Source: Fistulifera solaris
Taxonomy: Eukaryota
Length of the DNA: 64,000 nucleotides
Assembly: GCA_030295235.1 (NCBI GenBank)
Contig: AP026164.1
Span: forward strand, 1,736,001-1,800,000
Direction: 5' to 3'
Part shown: positions 36,957 to 51,036 of the stretch, in pieces
How the letters are laid out: each line of letters starts with the position of its first letter
How positions within the stretch are numbered: position 1 is the stretch's first letter
Notes under the pieces: generated by a model
Databases searched by the model: none
What the model saw: only the letters and a program-made list of their open reading frames with translations
Told to the model about the DNA's origin: nothing
Position numbers and translations under genes: made by a program

Positions 36957-37264
36957 ACGAAACGAAGTCACGTGCACTTCAAATTGAACAGCAATGGTAG
37001 ACTACAGATAATAGAATAATAGAAAACCCTAGATCCTGTAATGCATTATACGGAGTAACTATAACGCTAGCCCCTGTCACGTCGTACGACGTACAGAGCC
37101 TTTAGCGATCGAATAATATAATCATCTTTGTTGAATTTTTTGTTTGTCACCTTTGTATTTGAGAACTGCGAACCTTCAAAAACCTCGCGAAGAACGGACA
37201 ACGAACAACCGTACTTTTTACGAATTTCGCATTGTCGTATATCCATTCCGAAGGCCGAGTCGCC

Positions 37265-37954
37265 ATGTCAAACGCAAACATTTCAGCGCTAGACACACTT
37301 TTGGGGCCCCAACTCTTCGCCGGAGGGCGCATTAAGAAGTCAAATGCGTTTGTTTCCAAGTCTACGAAAGAGATCATTCGCGACAAAGACTTCGTTCTTT
37401 TGTACTTCTCAGCAAGCTGGTGTCCGCCTTGTCAGGCATTTTCCCCTGTTTTGATTGACTTTTACGATCGCTATGCGGCGGCGTTCAAGCTGGAGATCGT
37501 TTACGTCTCGTCGGATCGCTCGCTCAATGAATTCAGCGACTACTACGGCAAGATGCCTTGGGCCGCTATCCCAACGGATAATGGCGCAGCAAAGATCAAA
37601 AGTGAGCTCGCCAGCAAGTTGCAAATCCGCGGTATTCCTGCATTGATTGTCTTGGACGCCAAGTCTGGTTTGTTTGTTACCGCGGACACGCGCGAACAAA
37701 TTCAGCGATTGAAGATATCGGACGCCGCAGCCGCGAAGCAATTGGTGGACTCGTGGAAGAACACGGAACGCTTGACTCTGGAAGAAGGTGCCAAGAAACA
37801 GTCTGGCGGAAGAAACCTGTTCGTGCAACTTCTCCTCACGATTTTGAAAAATCCCATGTACATTTTCGGCTTGCTCTACTTCGCAAAAATGGCAATGAGA
37901 AAGTTCAAAGACATCACTGGCGATTCAGGAGAGGACGTCAACAAAGAGTTGTAG
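37265..37954 (+). CDS. Nucleoredoxin/tryparedoxin-type thioredoxin with C-terminal membrane anchor
   Basis: Motifs LYFSASWCPPC, EIVYVSSD, MPWAAIP and IRGIPALIVL. Hydrophobic C-terminal segment. Confidence 0.88.
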   Translation: MSNANISALDTLLGPQLFAGGRIKKSNAFVSKSTKEIIRDKDFVLLYFSASWCPPCQAFSPVLIDFYDRYAAAFKLEIVYVSSDRSLNEFSDYYGKMPWAAIPTDNGAAKIKSELASKLQIRGIPALIVLDAKSGLFVTADTREQIQRLKISDAAAAKQLVDSWKNTERLTLEEGAKKQSGGRNLFVQLLLTILKNPMYIFGLLYFAKMAMRKFKDITGDSGEDVNKEL

Positions 37955-38640
37955 AAACGCTGCTTGATGAGTACTGCTGCCTATTAAAACATACTAGGAA
38001 TCGATGCATGTTCCTTGCCGTATTGGGTCTCATTTTAAGGGTAGTAATTTCCGCATATCCTTTCTGGTTGCCTCTTGAAATTAAAGTTGACCATACAGAA
38101 CACGATGCTATTATAGGTCGAGAAATGAATTAGTTTGATTCCACGCATCGGTTATTAACGTCACAAAAAGATGACTTTACACCCTTGTGTAGTATATAAG
38201 CACGACTGCCGATACAGGCATGATTCATCAATTTTCCGTGTCAACGGATGAGGATAGGAGGAACTGTCGTCGTCGATGCTCATGATCAGCTACCTGGTAC
38301 TTCTGAAATCAAATTCACAAATCAAGATTCGGTTTTATTTGAATCCATTTACAAAGCACGCTTCGATTATTGACTGCGCATACTGCGAATGAAATGATCA
38401 TCGCTTCCTTCATTAATGCCTGGCATCAGATGTGATGAAAAAGTGCATCACAATTCACGATGTACAGTTTACTGCTTTCGTTTTACGACTCATGTTAGTC
38501 ACGAATGACGTGCCGATGAACATCGACCAAAGCATCGATTGTGCGTGGTGCAGAACCAGAAGTGCCATCATCATCAACCATGATCAGCATCAGTAGATCA
38601 ACGTTGTCCTTTGTCATAGAAACTTCATACCTTTTACCTC

Positions 38641-39707
38641 ATGCTGACGAGAAAAAGATCCCTCATCGTCGGTGGACACGATGCAGCTCAGGGACGCTAC
38701 CCTTACTTTGCTAGCTTCGATCATTTTGGGGGAGGTGTTCTAATTGCCCCAGACATCATTCTGACAGCCGGTCACGTGTATCCGCCACCAGAGCAAGTCG
38801 TCAAAGTGCGATTGAATCATACGGACTTGACCCAACCTGCAGAGTTGGAAACGTTTTCTATTGCATCGCAGCATCGCCATCCTGACTACTTCGAAGCCGC
38901 ATGGGATGCCAAGGGCAATGACTATAATCTCATAAAAATCAATGGCTTTTCAGCAATAAAACCTGTGAAACTGAACCGCGACGCCAAAGTTCCTTTTTCT
39001 GGAGCCACTGTTACAACGATTGGATTTGGAAGTACGTCGCCAGATCCAGCTACTTTTGTAGAATCTGCTTCCAACGTATTACAGGAAGTTGACCTGGATA
39101 TAATTCCTCATTCTAAATGTGAACGGAGTCACGATCGAAAACGAAACATTAGCTATGCTGGACTATTCATGAAAGAAAGTATGATTTGTACAAGTGGAGG
39201 ACCGCACAATGAGAAAGATGCCTGCGCCTTTGACAGTGGAAGTCCCATTCTGCTAACCCATGAGAACAGTGACCAAGAGGAAGATCTTGTGGTAGCTCTG
39301 GTGTCATGGGGAATCGATTGCGCCGACCCCTTTTCCCAGCTGTGAATGCTCGTGTATCTTTTGCTATGGATTGGATTGACGAAACGGTATGCAAGGTGTC
39401 CAGTGCGCATTCGTGGCAACTATTCGAATTTCGTTGTGAACGCTTCCACCCATCGCGCATTGATTGGCGGCGCTTTATTCACCATTCGACAAGTCAGTTA
39501 TGGCAAGATGGCCAGTCTTATCCAGAAGATCTCGGAAAACTGTACTTGTCTTTCGCTTTATGTCTTTGTTTGTTGATCGGTTTCGTTGGAAGTCTTTTCC
39601 ACAAGATGCGTTCCTCTCGGCGGCGTGTATCTTTATCTTCAGATGAAAGTGAGCGCAAGCCTATACCACACAACGGTCGCATGGTACAATCATACAATAC
39701 TTTATGA
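38641..39707 (+). CDS. Trypsin-like S1 serine protease with C-terminal TM anchor; frameshift near 39330; true start probably upstream
   Basis: RSL-IVGG activation site; LTAGH; DYNLIK; DACAFDSGSP; LVSWGIDCA; hydrophobic LYLSFALCLCLLIGFVG. Confidence 0.85.
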
Positions 39708-40173
39708 TCGAAGGAAATAATCTACGAACGCTACCAAGCGGGAACTGACCGACTACACGAAACGCTAATGGTTGAAAGATGGAGAGAAATTCTCAAAGTG
39801 CGAACAATCATCCGCATTAAGTGCTGTATATTTCATGTATGCTCTCTGTCTTTGAAATGTTTCTTCTATCAAATGATATTTGGAATGATTGCGTTTTTAG
39901 CAAACGACTATGCTCTACGCTCTACGATCTTTGTTCGCCAAACAACGGTTTTCGAAACCGCTAAGACAGACCCACTTTTTCTACGGATGATGAATGCGAT
40001 CTTTTTCCTTTCGAAAAAGACACAGGACGAAAAAAGCTGCAACCGGTCCGGCCATTTGTTGCGACTCATTGATTGCTACAATAGTGTCTTGGTCCTGTGC
40101 TAACGCTACTCGTCGCACTGTATATATCTTTCGTATCTAATCCTTTTCAACTTCTGCTCTGCGCTAGGACACG

Positions 40174-43100
40174 ATGCCTCACAACAAAGGACGGAATCAG
40201 GGCAAGAAGGGCAACAATAAAAGGCCCGCCCGCAGCCGGCGAATACCCCCGCAGCTCAAGGTAACGAGCGTCAGCCGTCGTTACTTCAGCGAATAAAAAG
40301 CAAACTTCCCACATTTCATAAGAAAGAGAAAATAGCACCAAATGGAGTCGCCAGCGGTGCATACTACGAAATGTACAAGGCAGCGACGGCGCAGTTTCAC
40401 GATTGGATATCCAAGGACGCTTGGCCCCACAGCAAAATGACCGCTGTCAATGATTATCGCAAGGGAGTAGATCAAATTATGGAGTCGAATATGAGAATCT
40501 ACCAGGCGATGGATGTGTCGCAGCTCGATGCACTGATTGTGGCTCCACCAGATATCATGGCCTCGTTAGCATCGAGTATTCGATTGCGAGTGAATTTTAC
40601 ATCGGACCGCTTCGGGTCGAAAGATGGAGGCGATATCGGGCACCAGTACATCGTTGAGGTGCTACAGTATTGTCATGATGCACTTTTATTTAGCAATAGA
40701 GTCGCGGCAGCCGCCCGCAAGGCAAGTGGCGACAAAGAAATTCGAGTACAAGACGCGATCGGTGGACGATTCAATGCCTTGGCCCTCGATGATGACTTGG
40801 AGGAAGACATCGATTGGGAAAGTATCGATCGTGATATCAAGGACGGAAATGTGCCCAAATATGTCGGAATTGAAGTGAAAGAAGAAATTGACATCAACAA
40901 AGCCATTTTGAAAGGTGACGATCGCTTTCAAGCCATGGCTCTCTTGTACACTATGGAAGAGTTTATGCATTCTGTTTACACTCACTACGATCTCCTGAAG
41001 GCGTACATGAGAGGGGCCGCAGATACACACCAAGATTCAAGCTGTGTCCAGCTATTGATGGAATGTGCTGTAGTCGCAAACTTAGCCACTGAGAGTGTGA
41101 ATCGAGCAGCGAACAACTTGGCGATTGAGCATCCCCACCTTTCGTCTTTTTTATCATATCCTAGCACTTGTGAAAATGCCAGAGACAATAGCCGAGATCA
41201 ACAAGTTGCTCAAAGAGACGAAAGCAAAAGGCGACCCTTCCTTGGCTCTGCAGTTTGTTGCCGAAATCATCGAATGTGCATTTCACAATCGCGGGCAAGA
41301 TCGAACTCCCTCCGTCGTGAAGCGATTTATCAAGAAATCTGGTCTAGACCCACAATATCTGGAACAGTCTGCTCATCAAATCTTTATGCTGACGTTTACG
41401 GAGACTCTTTTCAAATTTGAGGAGCGTCTCAATCCAATGCATACTGCCGTGATGGCCGCAACTGGTATGAGATCGCATGCATGGCTTGATGCAAGCGAGT
41501 ATATTGGGGGCAATTGCTGCATTCTGAATACACAGAGGATTGTTCAGATGGTATTGGAGCAAATGAAGGATGATCAAAGACTTACTGGACGGCCAGGATT
41601 CTGGGGACCGTCGTTCGACGAAGACAAATATCGAGCGACTCGTATATGGGGGGATCTCGATGAAGCATTTGCGGCCAGCATCATGCCGGAACTTATGGAG
41701 ATCTGTCGAAACGCGCCGTTCCAGTGCTTGCCTGACCGGGAAAATTTGTTTACTGTGATTGATCTATTGCACCAACAAGTGAAAGGAGACCGGACCAGGC
41801 CTGTACCCATAGCTCTGACCTTCGGTCTACATGCTGTGTTGATGTCTATCTTTGCTCTCCAGGGTGACGGAGACCTGGCGCGTCTCGCTGGGTATGCAAA
41901 GCAGTCGTATAATTTACTCTTTGAACAACTACACGCTTCTTCCGATCCAAGCAAATCTACCGAAAACTCGCCGTATTGTTACCTGAATCTTCTGTTGTTT
42001 CGTAATATTGCGGAGTTTGCCAAGCCGGTTCCTATCATCAAAGCTGATCAAAGTCAAGTGACCGTGGATCAGGTCGCAGCGGAAAGGCTTTCGTTCTGGA
42101 ACCCTCTCATTGGAGGTGAATACATGCTATACGCAACATACATATGCTCCATCGGCTTGGGGTCTGCTACTGTCGATTCACTTGGGCAATTGAGATTTGC
42201 TCTCCACCTGTACAACGGGCTACAGATTCGCGAACCATCTTGGGAAGTTCCATTTCTGCGAAATATTGACTCAGTGTTTAAAGACACCAAAGCAATTTGG
42301 GTTGGCGGAAAGCCGGGGAAAGGGTCTTGTTGCAAGGTCTTCTGGATGTCGTGGGGGATGAGCGCAAGTCAAGCTGCCCGTCGAGCGTCTCAACAAGTGA
42401 AAAGCGATTCTGTTTCGGCTAGAGCTTCTAAGAATGGAGTGGACGATCTAAGGTAGGTACACTTGTGGCAGCGGTGATGGTGAAATTTTGCCCACTGAAT
42501 CAATTTCTTTCATACATCACAGACAGCTCAACGAAATTCGCCCGGAAGAGTTTAGCGCGTCGTATCGTTGCCTCGTCAAACAAGATTTTCAATCCGAAGA
42601 TTTGGAGAATCACTACACTAGTCAAAGCCGAAACACAGGGAAAAGCGACGGGGGCAGCGTCGCGAAAAAGAACTACCGTTCTCTAGTTAATCTTTTGACC
42701 AGGATCAATATCACGCGCGACGCCATGGACGACGACGAACGCAATGTTCTTCCGGTCAACTTTTCCGCAGTTGGATCGATCTTATTGGAGTTTGTAAATG
42801 CTTTGTCGGATCATATGGGATGGACAAATATTCTTGTCGAAGAACTTCGGAAGAACCCTGAACTTCGTACCGGTAAAGCCATGACAGGAAGTTCACTGAA
42901 AGGCTTTACAGCTTCCGATCTGAATTTTACAATTCAGGGTCTGGCTCACTTTTGGGGACATCTGTTGTCGGCCCTTGACCAAGACTACACGGATCAATTG
43001 TCGCCGATCTTCGACCTAGACAAAATTGCAGCATTCACCAAGTCGTTCTTCGAAAAGGTGGAGAAGAGTCGCTACATCTTTTTTGTCAAGAGGAAAAGAT

Positions 43101-43614
43101 CACGGCTGCCAACAACCGCAATCCACTGGAAGGAAGTTATCCCTTTGGACGAACTGGGAAGACAATGGGCGACCCGCTCCTGGGGTACTGGTCGTACGCT
43201 TTTAGCAAACGCGGAGAACGGGAGTCGAGACTTGTTATTCCAGGCCGTCTAACTCCCCTGGAAGTTTCCGAGGAAGGGTTGCCTGTGTATATCGGTGCAA
43301 AGAAGTTGAAGCTGGGATCTCGCGGAAAGTTTCGCCATATTGCAAGCTACAGTCTAAACGAGTTGCTCGCATTGAATTGGGACGGATCTCTTTATGTTTC
43401 AACAAGAGCGAAGCATGCGGCAAACGGATATCACGTTCCTTTTATTCCTGGATATGACTCGGATAGTGAAGACGAATATGAACCGATCGACATCCAGCGT
43501 GGAAAACAACAGGGCACAATCAGTCTTTCGGATGCACAAGTCGGCCTGTATATGGAATTTCCTATTGACGATGAAACGAAGTTGGTGCAACTAAGTAGAG
43601 GAATTAGGGGGTAA
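40174..43614 (+). CDS. Large protein with DUF6604-like N-terminal domain; intron near 42452-42530; frameshifts near 40220, 41150 and 43185
   Basis: Pattern YEMYKAATAQFHDW...LASSIRLR...GHQYIVEVL...GRFNALALD. Later motifs WNPLIGG and LHLYNGL. Confidence 0.55.
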
Positions 43615-43971
43615 AGTGAATGCATAAAGTAACAGTTTCATACGATCGTCCTTCTATAATTTTGGTCTCAAAGCTAGACTCTCTCTAGGAAGATATTTTT
43701 AGAGTTTTCGCCCCATGACGACGACTACTCCTCATGATCGGCCAGTGCCGGATGGTACACCGAAAGTCATTGTCGACGTCACACTGCTGTGAGTATGGTT
43801 CATGTTGAAAGTGACCACGTCACAATTATGTCACTCAACGTGTGCGTTGCGGCAAAAAGATCGTCCCAAACTTGAGTTTTTATGAAATCACTCCATTGAC
43901 CTCTTCTCGAAGGAAAAGTAATAGCAATAACTCAAGTTTCATTCCAATTATACCAGTTGAACATTTGAAAT

Positions 43972-44835
43972 ATGGCGTTCAAAAAGCGACCTGACGAAGA
44001 TGCTGCCGCGGAGGATCCTACTGGCTGGTTGATTGCTGGTAGTCTCGCGGAATTTTTGCTTTTGCACACCGACCAAATTCGGTACATGGCTATGTTTGGT
44101 TACACATACTTGCATGGTAAAATTATTACCTGCTTTGGCTGATCTGTTTGATTCTTAAAGGTATCTACCTCATGTGTCGACCTTTTCTCCATCGCAGGCG
44201 TCAAACTTTTCCCGACTCTCCCGAAGGACTCTGCCTTGTCGTTCAAGTTTGTGTCGATGATTTTCCAGTGCGTTGGAGGTGGAATTCTTGTTCCTCTTTT
44301 CATCAACTCGATTCCCGTACCGCTTTCGACAGATGCTTATCCCATTGCGATCTTCGCATCGTTCTTGTTGCACCAGTACTTCCCCATCTTGAGAGACGTC
44401 GTCCTGCTCTCGCCTCTCCTCAAAACGGCTTTCATCGTCTTGTACGAATGCCAACGAGCTGCTGTTGTGACCAAGTTAACTTTGGCTGCCGCAGCTACTA
44501 TTGCCCCGAGTGATTTCAGTAGTATGGCGGTTTTTGGTCCCATTTTCTGCGGTGCCGTTTCGGGCTGTGGTGGAGCTTTCCTTCCTCTGAACAAGGGTTT
44601 GAGTCCCATTGAGAAGACTGGGCTAGCGCAACCCATGTTGTCGGCCCTTATTGCTGCAACGTGCCTTCATTTTTTCATTGGAACGAGTCTTTCCGACGGA
44701 GTTGTCGAGGCAAAGAAGAAGGCGCAGGTCGTGATGGCTATCTACTTTATTGTCTACAATCTCTACTCGACCTTTGCTCCGACCTATCTGGCCAGTACAA
44801 AAACGCAAAACGGAGAAAGTAAGAAAATCAAGTAA
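43972..44835 (+). CDS. Multi-pass membrane protein, TRIC channel-like; intron 44082-44160; frameshift near 44183
   Basis: Duplicated glycine motifs QCVGGGILV and SGCGGAFLP; several hydrophobic helices. Confidence 0.6.
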
Positions 44836-45029
44836 GTGAGCGCTCTATATCACTTGCAATGGCGTCTTCAGTTGAGCCAACGTAATATTATAAACAATAG
44901 GATTCGTGTACTGTAATACTTCTCAGTGTTGTAAACAACGCCTTACTATGTTCGTAAGATTCAACGAGAAATTTTAAAATACTTTATTTGTAAGGAAAGA
45001 AGAGATGTGAAAGAAAAGCTGTTTGTTCT

Positions 45030-47995
45030 TTATCGAATGCAGTCGGAAACCAATTGCGAGACTTCGGCATCATCACTGCGAACCGCAATCTTGAGAACCA
45101 CACCACCGTTTTCACCTTGCATGGCGATTTGCGCTCTGGCAAGCACCTGCTGTCCCGTAACGAAAACACCTGACAAATGAAGCATATGCGGCTTTCCTCC
45201 TGGTTTGACTACACCGGTGCCATCGCAGGGTTGCATGCCCAAAAAGTCAAGTACAGCGGCAACGGCGTCTTCCATCTTCTTGAACTGCAAAGCGAACTTG
45301 TTCAAAACTTCATTGTCATTTCCTACAGTGTCCCATGCTTTCTTAAAATCCGGCACCGCTACTTTAGCCATAAAGTCAGATGTCGAGATCTCCAAATCCT
45401 CCACAGGGTATTCCTCCTCAAAAGAGTCTCCCAGTTCCTCACCACTCGCAGGGTCTACCATACAGACCGTGAAGCGTAACTCACAAGTGAAGGAGCTTGG
45501 AGAGAGGGGCATTTCTGTGTTGCGTTCCAAAACGGTAAAGCAACTTTTCGTCTCTCCGTACTTGATACCAGCGCAAGCAATTTCACCAGACGCGCTAAAG
45601 ATCTCTGAGTCACTGTCGTCGACTAAAACTGTCACGTTATCCAGCCGCTGGTCCTCAATTGTGTTCTGTACAGTGAATTGCAAGACGATGTATTGCTTGA
45701 AAACATGCTTGATACATTGAACAACATACTCGGTCTCGCTTTCCGTGAGCGGAACAGGAAGAGACGACCGAAAGGCTCGACCAAGATGCGCAAGCTCTGG
45801 AATCGCATAGACAGCGGCGGCCGGATCTACAACTTCTTTTACAGTTTCTTCCATACTGACAGTAGCAGCAATATCCAAATCATCTGTCTCTGTCGTTGTG
45901 GCAGCTGTGGAAGGTCCATCTTCGACAACTGGCAACGAGGTAAGAACGATAGGTTCGGGGTTGTTCATTGCATCGGGAGCTGCCATGTAGACCTTCATAC
46001 TTCTCTCCAGCTTATCAAAGCTCATCGGTAGAGATTCGAGCACTACAAAGGCGGCCGTGTCATCTTCGGCGGGGTTATCTGGAGGGATCTCCCCCCTTCC
46101 AAGTCCTCAGCTGGCGCTACGTAAGGGAACTTTTCAATAGCATCTTCAAGGATGGACACAGCCAACGCGGCACGATCCCGAGTTTCATCGTCTTCATCGA
46201 CAAGTGACCGTTTTAAAAGTGTCATGATCGATGTTCTAAGCGAAGGGCAAGCTGCTGCGAATCTCGCGAGGGCGGACACAGCTGCAGCGCGCACCGCCGA
46301 ATTTTCGAGAATCACGCGGTTGTAAATAAAACGAATGTACCGGGCCGGAGCAGACGTGGTAGGACCAAGTTCTCCTAGCAAATTCAAGATTCTGGTAGAC
46401 AACATCGTGAATTCACAGTCTTCAATGAACTCGCACAAATGAAGCAAAGAAGATTCAGTCGACTCGGGTACGGCGCGAATGAGTGAGATGATTGAATTAA
46501 CAATTGAGCGCTTGAAGTCAAATCCCCCTTCCTCGCGCAAAAAGTTAGATAAGAATCCAACCAGCACGCGATGTTTTGCCGGGTATGTAAGACAGAGCTT
46601 CTGCAAACTTCGCACGACAGTAATCTTGTACTCGTCAGCGATTTCGGTGAGAAATGCCGAGATTTGTTTCAGCAGTCGATCAATGGAGTTTTCACTTCCC
46701 GTTTTGAGGAGAGTCGTGATGGCCAAAGTCGCAATCGAGCGATTCGAGTCGCCAATTAGGCCTTCAAGATCTTCGTTGCACTTGGACACAACGCGGGGAT
46801 GCGTATTGGCAACAGCGGCCAAAGTCCGGATCGATGCGAAACGAACAGCTGGTTTAGGGGAACTTAAAAATAGTTGCAAGACCGATATAGCAGGATTCAA
46901 GTCCTGAGGCTCAGCTGCGGGAAGGTTGCACAAAGCTCGGGCTGCTTCGTAGACGACGAGTTCTGACTTGTGTCGTAAGCTGGCTTCCAAGAACGCATAA
47001 CCAGACTTGATAACAGGAGAGGTTGCTTCTTGATAAGATCCTGAATGACGTCCATCAGCGACTTCGTCATGAAGAAGCTTGGTAGTGTAACGTACGAGGA
47101 GTACCAAGGCAAGTGGCGAACGAAGAGTGTTTCGCTGACTGTACTGAGTAACAAGCTTTGACACCCCAAGTCGGTCGTTGCTTTTAATCTGGTAAAGTAG
47201 CTGCATAGCGTGAAACTGTACCATCTCGTTGGAGCTCTGTGTCGCTTCTGTCGTCTCGCTGATCCATCGCTTCACTAGCGCAGCACACTCGGGAGACTTC
47301 ATAAACAGATGAGTTGCTGAAACTAGAGCAGAACTGGACACTTGACCGGAGGAATCCACAACAGCTTGCTTCACATAACGCTCAATCGCACCCAGCATCG
47401 CGGCATCAACAATACGAACCAAGACGCGGAGTGCGTTACCTCTATAAAGGTCAACATCGCAAGTCATGTCTTTCGTGAGACACGAGGTCACAATGATAAC
47501 ATCATCAGGGTTACAAGTCTCCGCAACATCCTTGATAAACAAATACACCATCCGGCGCAAGGAGGCGTCGTCGCTCATGAAAAGCTTTGTTACCCCAAAA
47601 ACACCTCGGTTGCTTCCGTTCCCGAGAGGTACTGCCCGGTGTTTTGCAAATGCAAAAGCTGCGCAATCACAGTGCAGCATTTGCGGGGATTTTCTCTGAC
47701 AGCATTTCCGTCATGAAAAATTCTGGCTTCTTGCAAAACTACAAGAGATGAAAGCGAGCAATGTAAGATACGAATAGAACGGATAGCAAACGCTCAACAC
47801 TATTTCATTATCCTCCAATGAAAGCAACCCGGTCACAACGGCACCGTTGCTGCAATGCCAAGACCTACCTTGTGCCTTTTCCAAATGCGCGTACGGGCTG
47901 ATGTATTGCTCATCCTCTTCTACTTTGAATTTTTCCGCGAGCTCTTGGACTTCCTTGAGCATGCTGCTCACTCCGTTTTCACCCATGTCGCCCAT
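45030..47995 (-). CDS. COPG: Coatomer subunit gamma; intron 47868-47739; frameshifts near 47640 and 46095
   Basis: Motifs LEKAQVLQEARIFHD, TKLF, LRRMVYL, IIVTSCLTKDM, NRSIATLAITTLLKTG, LCEFIEDCEF, YIRFIYNRVILEN and LTESETEYVV. Confidence 0.95.
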
Positions 47996-48503
47996 GGTGG
48001 TTTTATGCTGTGCTTTTGCAACAGCGTTTTGCTGCGGCGGCACACTCCATGCGTGAAGATCGGTTGAGCGGATCGTTCACGATGACCTCACAGCTACTGA
48101 TTATCTGACAGTAAATTCAATGCGTACGATGGAAGGACGAGCCTCGTTCACGTTCGTATGACTTTCCGAAACGGCTCTAAGTGGAATACCGGTAAGATTT
48201 CAATTGTACTAAAAGCACTTTAGCAATTTAACGGTAAAATGGTTGACAATCAACTAGCATGTTGTCTTGTTATCGATACAAAGTACTTTGTACGGAGTAC
48301 AAGTAGTAAACTTTAATTATTTCCACCAACAGGGCAACGAGGTGGGAAGGGCACTACTGTGCGTGACTGAGTTCAGTGAGACGGACACGCGAACATAAAA
48401 AGACGAACAGATCGGATCAACACTTTCGTGCATCGCGTCTCTTGTTCCATTCTTTTCGTGTCATGCTGGAAACATCCATTGCGAGAGATCTTTGCTTAAT
48501 ACA

Positions 48504-51036
48504 ATGAAAGAAACGTCTGTGATCTCTTCGCGTCACGAGATTGGCGGAGAACCTTATCACACAGCGCTCGTAACGATGAACCGAGACTTGGATCCTCGTG
48601 AGGATGACAAAGAAAATCGTTCTCGGCAGAATGGGAAGCGATTGCATCATAAACACCGCAGATCCCCATCCTCTGCTCTTGAAGAAGATTCACTCACTTC
48701 AAGCTTATCGCTTCACGAGAATGGAAACTTCGCTGTAGCCTCCGCTAAAATTTCCCTCTCACCGTTGCTCAGAGTCGACCGAACAAAAACGGGGATCCTA
48801 ACTGAAAATCAGAAGGAGAACGTACCCTTTCTCGACCCGAAACAGCCGAAAATGACCATATCCGACACGTCGAGTAGTTTTACGAATATAAACACACAGA
48901 TCAAAGATGGCGCTTTTACCATTTTGGGTGTTGGATCCAATGACATGACTGAGGGTATATTCGACGACAAGACAAACAAAGAAGCGGATGCTCTTTCGGC
49001 GCCTACAACACAGCTACGACGTTCAAGGCGTTTGAGAAAAAGGCCCTCACGCTTTGACGCCGAATTCGATGGCTTGGGTTCCCTTCCAAAACCGGAAGCA
49101 CGAGGAAAGCGAAGCGATGATGAGAATGACAACGAAGATCCACCAACGCCAGCAACAATACAAGAGCTTGAAGACAAACAAAAGCCACATGCGCAATTAT
49201 CAGTACAAGAGCTTGAAGTTCTTCTTAGTAAGAATTTTACGCCACTGCCTTTCTGTGATCCGCTTTCCAGCATTTACTCGTTCGGCGCTATCGGGGACCG
49301 TAAGCAAGGTTCGCATTGCCATGACTCTGATAAAAGCGTCTCGCTAGCGGACGTCTTTTGTCCGGAGGGTGTCTTTAGCAGCGTGAAGTTACTCAGTCAG
49401 TTCGATCTCAAGCTTGACGAAGATCGAGAAGATTCTAAAGCTTCCAAGCACGCCGACCTCTCCGATACCGTGTACCAAGGGCAGAAAATAGCGGACATGA
49501 AGCTCCCTGCTTACTGTCGTATGCTCAAAAATATTGCACACAATTCGGAGTCTCCAGATCAAGCTCAAAATATTCTTCGGGTTACTATCCAGCAATATCT
49601 TGACTGCATTGGCACTCTTCGTCCAAATGGTGCATGTTTCAACGCGGTTATCCATGGATACGCACAGCTGGGATACGCCGCCGCCGCTGAAAATGTTCTA
49701 TCGCTCATGTTTCAGGACTACTTCAATTACCACAATACGCTTGCGAAGCCCAATGTGCGTGTATACACTAACGTTTTGCATGCATGGCGCAAGTCTAATT
49801 CCCCCGACGCGCATGAGAGATGCGAAAATCTTCTTGAAGAGATGCATCGGCTTAGCGACACCGGTGTTGCCCCTGAGTGCAAGCCAGATGCGTACGCTTA
49901 TACTGTTCTCTTCCACTGCTTAGCTGAATCCGATTGCGCCGACGGTTCCGAAGTCGCAGAGCGTCAGTACGTGAAAATGAAACAAGGTGCGAAGATGTTG
50001 CAAGTTGACGCCATCGCCTATTCCAACCTCTTGAATATCTTCACGAAGAATCCGTCTACCCACAAACGTGCTGAGCAATTGCTATGGGAAATGGTTTCGG
50101 ATTATAAAGGAGGGAACAAGAAAGCGAAGCCACATACTCGGAATTTCAACACAGTGCTAGCAATGTGGGCGAAATCCAACGATCCCGAATCAGCTCGACG
50201 AGCCCAGTTGGTCGTGGAACGCCTCATCCAGTTCCAAGACGAAGGAACACTTCATGTGAAGCCTGATGAGTATACATACAGTCTCTTGTTGAAAAATTGG
50301 TAAGGTTTGTCGATTGATTGCGATGATTTGTACATCAAATTGTTTCTAAATTCCGGGTATCCATTATAGGGTGTCGAGAGGCCAAAGTGGGATTGATCAT
50401 GCTGTAAATTGTCTCCATTGGATGGAGGAACGCTATCGACACGGAGATAAGGCTGCTAACCTGGATACCATTAAGTATACGACTTGCATCAGTGCATTAG
50501 CAAAAGAAGGGCTGCCTCACCAAGCCGAATGCTTACTAAAGAAAATGGAATACGACCATCGGAACGGAAATAAGGCAGCCCGCCCTGACGCGAAAAACTT
50601 CGAGACGATTATCAGCAGTTGGTCGGGCTTTTATGGCAATCACCACGCCGTCAATGAAATGAGGGCAGAAAAGCTTCTAGAAATGATGTGGAATTTAGGA
50701 CAGCAGCCCGAATTCACTCATATCCGTCCTGGGCCAATCGCGTATACTCGCGTAATTGAAGCGATGGCGAAGAAAAACAATCCGGAACGTTCTGAGAAGC
50801 TGTTGAACGAAATGATCACTTTCCATAAGCTCGGTCGTTTGCCTGCCGGACCTGATGTGCACACCTATCATGTGGTCATCGACGCATGGGCTAACTCCAA
50901 TCGACAGGAGGGACTTCTGCGGGCCGGCCAAATGCGCACGCATATGAATCGACAACTTGGGATTGAAAACAACAACAATCAAAGGGCGCACCACCGCAGC
51001 AAAATGAACTTGTTTAAGATTTCTTCTAAGCTTTAA
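48504..51036 (+). CDS. Pentatricopeptide-repeat protein with long low-complexity N-terminus; intron 50300-50369
   Basis: Repeats PNGACFNAVIHGYA, PNVRVYTNVLHAW, PDAYAYTVL, PDEYTYSLLL and PDVHTYHVVIDAWA. In-frame GT-AG intron. Confidence 0.85.

Noticed and set aside
37051..37066. LSU rRNA-like GAGTAACTATAACG fragment
   Set aside because: The match is too short and has no flanking rRNA similarity.
38431..38455. Box C/D snoRNA starting at GTGATGA
   Set aside because: No box D at a suitable distance and no recognisable rRNA antisense element; only a small hairpin.
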